The notes under the pieces: model-generated
The model's input: the letters and a program-made list of their open reading frames with translations, nothing else
Databases searched by the model: none
Told to the model about the DNA's origin: nothing
Part shown: positions 35,646 to 41,710 of the stretch, in pieces
Layout of the letters: the number at the start of each line of letters is the position of its first letter
Position numbering within the stretch: the first letter of the stretch is position 1
Assembly (NCBI GenBank): GCA_002269645.1
Contig: NIVC01002912.1
Coordinates: forward strand, 1-41,710
Length of the DNA stretch: 41,710 nucleotides
Direction of reading: 5' to 3'
Source: Macrostomum lignano
Taxonomy: Eukaryota
Program-made: the position numbers and the translations under genes

Positions 35646-36445
35646 AATGATACACAAATTACGATAATTATCAATTTTTTTATTGGGCTTCTAATCCAGA
35701 TTATTCCGAGGTCCCTGGCTGTCACTAGACAACAAAGACCGAACAGCGGCCGGGGCTCTAACCCCCACACCGAACTATAGCCTGTCAAGTGCTAAGCTGT
35801 CATATTTATTGCGCAACAGCCAAGGGGGTAAGGGCAATAAAAAAGCGGTATTACTATCATCAACATTACTATTATTATCAATATTATTACATATTGAGTT
35901 CTAAAGTGGATGAAGGCCCGGTCCAAAAACTCAGTGACCCGTCAATGTAAATAACCGTATAAATCTTATCGGTTTTTTTCTGTATACAGATTAAACTCCC
36001 CAGATAAGAATAGAGTCCTATTCAATTTTAAGTGAATACTTTTTATATGCATATAGTTATAATACAACTAACTAAATAGCATTTTTTCAAGACAATTTTA
36101 AAACTTCATTCATGTATGAAAAAAAACCTTGAAAGCATTCCTACACACACGCACTAAAAAACCAGGGTCCGATTTCTGAAACTAGAAGAGGATTTTGGGG
36201 ACCACCTAGGCAGCTGGGAACCATGGAGACGTGGCCTTGAGAGTCTGCAGACTGCGGGAGGGAGGGACTCCGCCAATCAAGGCCACAAATAAATCAGGGC
36301 TCCGGACGGCCCACCACCTGTCGGCAACGAAGAATTTGTTGACTATTTTTTCAATAAAAAAACTCATAGACATCTGGATTGGAAAACCACAGCTCCAATT
36401 AAACATAAACCTATTGTTAAATATTTTGCGAGCAGTCCGATACAG

Positions 36446-36766
36446 GGGGGGGGTTTCACAAACTCGAAATTTCACAACGTCGAAAGCACCTTCTTTCACA
36501 AGATCGAAATTTCACAAGGTCGAAATTTCACAACATCGAAAACTTTAGCAAGAGACTTCATAAGGTCGAAATTTCACAACATCGAAAACTTTAGCAAGAG
36601 ACTTCATAAGGTCGAAATTTCACAACATCGAAAACTTTAGCAAGAGACTTCATAAGGTCGAAATTTCACAAGCTCGAAATTTCACAACGTAGGAAACTAC
36701 TGTATGGTTCTTGTTATATTAAATTTTCGACGTTGTGAAATTTCGATCTTGTGAAAAGCCCCCCCC
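36446..36766. mobile_element. Mutator/Foldback-type MITE, ~321 bp, with 16 bp subterminal repeats
   Basis: G8...C8 termini, inverted TTTCACAA/TTGTGAAA subterminal repeats, and a 9 bp TSD CCGATACAG at 36437-36445 and 36767-36775. Confidence 0.82.
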
Positions 36767-38019
36767 CCGATACAGACTCTACATTTAGTAGTCCCTGGCT
36801 AACGGATCGCTTCAACTAAGCTGCCAATTAATATAAATAAAAAACTAGGTTCAAAAAACTTATCTTAACTACTGCAATAGAATGATTGAAAAATAGAAAT
36901 CGAAAAAAGGAAAAGGAATAAAAAACTAGGAGAGAAAGGTGAAAAAACAAACTCTTACTGAGCTCACTGAACTGACAGACAGTTTGAAATGCGGCTCCCC
37001 GGGATTGCCAGGCTACAGGGAGCCGGCCTGTCTGTAAGGCAGCTTAAAAGGGTGGAAAAAAAGCAAACACGGGTGACCCGGCGTGTTTGAGACGCTAACA
37101 ATTAAGGCACAAGTGGGGGGGGGGGGTAGCCCCACACCTCACACTGCGCACCTGGAGTCTGGTGAATGCAACACACAAAAGACTCGAAGAAGGCCTATTG
37201 TCAGACGGATAAAACTCGCTCCCTAACTTGCCACATCCATAGGGTTTACTTCTCAGCCAGTTGAGAGAATATCGCCGACATTATAAAAATTTGTTCTGCG
37301 CAAATTGTCCCAATCCTAAGCTTATGTCATCCATGCCAGCCCCCCCGTCACATCCTCAATAGAATTGACACGTGGATCGGGGACACGGAGAGCATAGCTA
37401 TCGCACTCAGCTAATTAGAGATACGGTTTTTACACTACACACAGAGCTACTGCCTGCAACTGTCAACTTTCCATTGCTGTAAGGCTAGAAGGACCTGTCA
37501 GACAGGAAACAAAGGAAAAGACACAAAACCACATTGAAGCCGGAGTGGAAAAGCAAAATTTGGCCACCCAGCAAATGAAGAAGAAGAATGCATTCGAGTG
37601 GCGTGCGCGATTCAAGATTCGCCCGCCAGATCCCAACGGCCAGCCACCCACCCACACACAGCAGCAGCAGTGCAGCGGGTTCGATTCCTCTTTGGCAAGC
37701 TGACAGCTGACAAGGTCAAGACAAGCCGAATGAGAGGATTGCCGGTGAAACAAAGAAACGAAGACAAAAATTGCTAGGCAATATGCTGGGTTGCATAGCA
37801 ATATGACAAGCAGAGAGAATAGGAGGGAAAAACATAAGCTGGAATGCGACTTGCGGCTTTATGGAATTGGAAAGCTGGGGGATAGACACCTTTGGGCCAA
37901 GTGTGCCGCCAGCCCCCTCTTACTGTGCTGTGCGGCTTCTGCTCGCAGGCACAGCTGGCAGTCATGCTGAGGGCAACAGCGGCCCCCAATCTCCACTCTA
38001 ATTGCAGAGCGGGAAAATG

Positions 38020-40682
38020 GAAGATATCAGGGAGAATCAGAGAGAGATATCAGGGAGAATCAGAGAGAGATATCAGGGAGAATCAGAGAGAGATATCAGG
38101 GAGAATCAGAGAGAGATATCAGGGAGAATCAGAGAGAGATATCAGGGAGAATCAGAGAGAGATATCAGGGAGAATCAGAGAGAGATATCAGGGAGAATCA
38201 GAGAGAGATATCAGGGAGAATCAGGGAGAATCAGAGAGAATCAGAGAGATATCAGGGAGAATCAGAGAGAGATATCAGGGAGAATCAGAGAGATATCAGG
38301 GAGAATCAGAGAGATATCAGGGAGAATCAGGGAGAATCAGGGAAAATCAGGGAGAATCAGAATCAGAGAGAGATATCAGGGAGAATCAAAGAGAATCAGT
38401 GAGAATCAAGGAGAATCAGAGAGAATCAGAGAGAATCGGGGAGAATCAGGGAGAATCAGGGAAAATCAGAGAGATATCAGGGAGAATCAAAGAGAATCAG
38501 TGAGAATCAAGGAGAATCAGGGAGAATCAGAGAGAATCGGGGAGAATCAGGGAGAATCAGGGAAAATCAGGGAGAATCAGAATCAGAGAGAGATATCAGG
38601 GAGAATCAAAGAGAATCAGTGAGAATCAAGGAGAATCAGAGAGAATCAGAGAGAATCGGGAGAATCAGGGAGAATCAGAGAGATATCAGGGAGAATCAGA
38701 GAGATATCAGGGAGAATCAGGGAGAATCAGAGAGAATCGGGGAGAATCAGAGATATCAGTGAGAATTAGACAGAATCGGGGAGAATCAGAGATATCAGGG
38801 AGAATTAAGGAAAATCAGCGAGGGATATCAGTGAGAATCAAAGAGAATCAGTGAGAATCAAGGAGAATCAAGGAGAATCAAGGAGAATCAAGGAGAATCA
38901 AGGAGAATCAAGGAGAATCAAGGAGAATCAAGGAGAATCAAGGAGAATCAGAGAGAATCAGGGAGAATCAGAGAGATATCAGGGAGAATCAAGGAGAGAT
39001 ATTAGGGAGAATCAGGGAGAATCAGGGAAAATCAGGGAGAATCGGGGAGAATCAGAGAGAATCAGGGAGAATCAAGGAAAATCAGGGAGAATCAGGGAGA
39101 GATATCAGGGAGAATCAGGGAGAATCAGAGAGAATCAGAGAGATATCAGGGAGAATCAGGGAGAATCAAAGAGAATCAAAGAGAGATATTAGGGAGAATC
39201 AGGGAGAATCAGGGAAAATCAGGGAGAATCGGGGAGAATCAGAGAGAATCAGGGAGAATCAAGGAAAATCAGGGAGAATCAGAGAGAGATATCAGGGAGA
39301 ATCAGGGAGAATCAGAGAGAATCAGAGAGATATCCGGGAGAATCAGGGAGAATCAGGGAGAATCAGAGAGAATCAGAGAGATATCAGGGAGAATCAGGGA
39401 GAATCAGAGAGAATCAGAGAGATATCAGGGAGAATCAGAGAGAATCAGGGAGAGATATCAGGGAGAATCAGGGAGAATCAGAAAGAATCAGAGAGAATCA
39501 GGGAGAGATATCAGGGAGAATCAGGGAGAATCAGAGAGAATCAGAGAGAATCAGGGAGAGATATCAGGGAGAATCAGAGAGAATCAGGGAGAATCAGAGA
39601 GAATCAGGGAGAATCAGAGAGAATCAGGGAGAGATATCAGGGAGAATCAGAGAGATATCAGAGAGATATCAGAGAGAATCAGGGAGAATCAGAGAGAATC
39701 AGAGAGATATCAGAGAGAATCAGGGAGAATCAGAGAGAATCAGAGAGAATCAGGGAGAGATATCAGGGAGAATCAGGGAGAATCAGTGAGAATCAGAGAG
39801 AATCAGGGAGAGATATCAGGGAGAATCAGAGAGATATCAGAGAGATATCAGAGAGAATCAGGGAGAATCAGAGAGAATCAAGGAGAGATATTAGGGAGAA
39901 TCAGGGAGAATCAGGGAAAATCAGGGAGAATCGGGGAGAATCAGAGAGAATCAGGGAGAATCAAGGAAAATCAGGGAGAATCAGGGAGAGATATCAGGGA
40001 GAATCAGGGAGAATCAGAGAGAATCAGAGAGATATCAGGGAGAATCAGGGAGAATCAAAGAGAATCAAAGAGAGATATTAGGGAGAATCAGGGAGAATCA
40101 GGGAAAATCAGGGAGAATCGGGGAGAATCAGAGAGAATCAGGGAGAATCAAGGAAAATCAGGGAGAATCAGAGAGAGATATCAGGGAGAATCAGGGAGAA
40201 TCAGAGAGAATCAGAGAGATATCCGGGAGAATCAGGGAGAATCAGAGAGAATCAGAGAGATATCAGGGAGAATCAGGGAGAATCAGAGAGAATCAGAGAG
40301 ATATCAGGGAGAATCAGGGAGAATCAGAGAGAATCAGAGAGAATCAGGGAGAGATATCAGGGAGAATCAGAGAGAATCAGGGAGAATCAGAGAGAATCAG
40401 GGAGAGATATCAGGGAGAATCAGAGAGATATCAGAGAGATATCAGAGAGAATCAGGGAGAATCAGAGAGAATCAGAGAGATATCAGAGAGAATCAGGGAG
40501 AATCAGAGAGAATCAGAGAGAATCAGGGAGAGATATCAGGGAGAATCAGGGAGAATCAGAGAGAATCAGGGAGAGATATCAGGGAGAATCAGAGAGAATC
40601 AGGGAGAATCAGAGAGAATCAGGGAGAATCAGAGAGAATCAGGGAGAATCAGGGAGAATCAGAGAGAATCAGGGAGAATCAG
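38020..40682. repeat. Purine-rich 10 bp minisatellite (GAGAATCAG[G/A], variant GAGATATCAG)
   Basis: 2.66 kb of tandem copies starting ~35 bp inside the intron. Confidence 0.97.
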
Positions 40683-40716
40683 AACAAAACATCTGAAAGC
40701 AAGGCCTGAAACTGAC

Positions 40717-41700
40717 CAGCGAGCAGTGCCGGGTGCCAGGCAGCTGGGCCAGTCGGACATCGCAGTAGGCGCTGGCCGCCCGAAACGCCTGATGAACGGA
40801 AGCGGCCAGTTGGCGCTGACTGGCGTCTTCGTCTGGGTCCGGCTTGCGCGGCTGGTGTTGGAGCTGCTGCTGAAGCTGGTGCCGGGGCTGGTGCTGCTGC
40901 TGATAGTGCTGCTGCGGATGCTGATAGCCCTGCTGACAAGTTGGCGGCCGAAGCAGCTGCTGTTGAAACTGTGGCGGCGGCGGCGGCGCCTCAACGATCC
41001 CAGCAGGCCGAGTCGCCGGAGCGGCCGCGGCGTCGACGTTGGAGCTGACGAGGCCGACGCCGCGGTGGCCGTCGTAGTTGTGGACACTCGGCCGTAGCGC
41101 ACGGAGTCCTTGGACATGCCGGCCGACAGGCACTTTCGGAATCTGCAGTGCTGGCAGCGATTGCGATTGACTCGAATGACGGGACATCGGCCGTCGCGCA
41201 GGCATTTGTACTGAATCTGCTTCTGTATGCTGCGCCTAAAGAAGCCTTTGCAGCCTTCGCAGGAGATCACGCCGTAGTGATAGCCGCTGGCCTTGTCGCC
41301 GCACACTTTGCAGGCGCGTGAAGGAGCCGCCGCTGCCGCCGCCGTTGCCATTGGTAACGCTGCCGATGTCGGGATCAGGCTGTCGGTGACTGACTCTCTG
41401 CTGCTGATCCGGGTGCTTCTGGATGCATTGATAAGCGGCTGGTGGGACGGCGTGCAGCGCCGGCTGCGGCTGGTGAGGCGGCGGCGGCGGCGGTGGCGGC
41501 GGCGCAGGCGGTGGAGCGCCTGCCGTCGGCACAGAGGAATCAGCGCTGCCAGCGGCGAAGTAGTCGGAGGCGGCGCTGCGGATGCCGATTCGGACGCCGC
41601 CGATGTTGATACCGCCGACGAGATTGAAGCCGTTGCCATGTGAGCCGCGGCAGCTGCGGCGCTGGTGATGAGGATGGTGATGATGGTAGTCCCAGCTCAT
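40717..41700 (-). CDS. E78: E78/Eip78C-type nuclear receptor (NR1 subfamily): N-terminal region, C4 zinc-finger DBD (41312-41086) and hinge; several frameshifts
   Basis: [76 protein letters not shown] closely matches the E78 DBD as I recall it ([20 protein letters not shown]). The hinge continues in the frame of ORF 40669-41205 to donor CTG|GTCAGT at 40716. The start codon is uncertain and may lie outside the window. Confidence 0.85.
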
Positions 41701-41710
41701 AGTAGTGGTT

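Noticed and set aside
24092-40709. Long ORFs inside arrays ([38 protein letters not shown] repeats)
   Set aside because: They are translations of stop-free tandem units, open in several frames at once, and they lie in the intron of a minus-strand gene.

Overview
Eukaryotic (invertebrate animal) genomic DNA. GC-rich Ala/Gln-rich exons sit among kilobase minisatellite arrays, a style reminiscent of a Macrostomum-type flatworm (inference only; the organism cannot be determined from the window). Three host genes lie head-to-tail on the minus strand. (1) An E78/Eip78C-type nuclear receptor: exons ~41700-40717, 24166-23767 and 21575-21199, with a 16.5 kb first intron built mostly of tandem arrays. 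(2) A three-exon RNI-type leucine-rich-repeat gene (17681-5524) with clustered RFX X-box motifs just upstream of its ATG. (3) An unrecognised ankyrin-like/polyQ gene (3311-1622). A complete 4.64 kb Ty3/Gypsy (Mag-like) LTR retrotransposon has identical 314 bp LTRs, a GAAAT target-site duplication and a tRNA-Ser(GCU) PBS, and it sits inside coding exon 2 of the LRR gene. Intron 2 of that gene is a 29 bp satellite carrying a 5'-truncated RNase H-containing LINE and a 1.2 kb foldback element with TTAA duplication. The nuclear receptor intron holds two MITEs (hAT-like and Mutator/Foldback-like). Its three large 16 bp arrays all resemble the subterminal 16-mer of the Mutator-like MITE. About a dozen 1 nt frameshifts affect every coding unit and are probably assembly errors. 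No CRISPR, rRNA or convincing tRNA gene was found.
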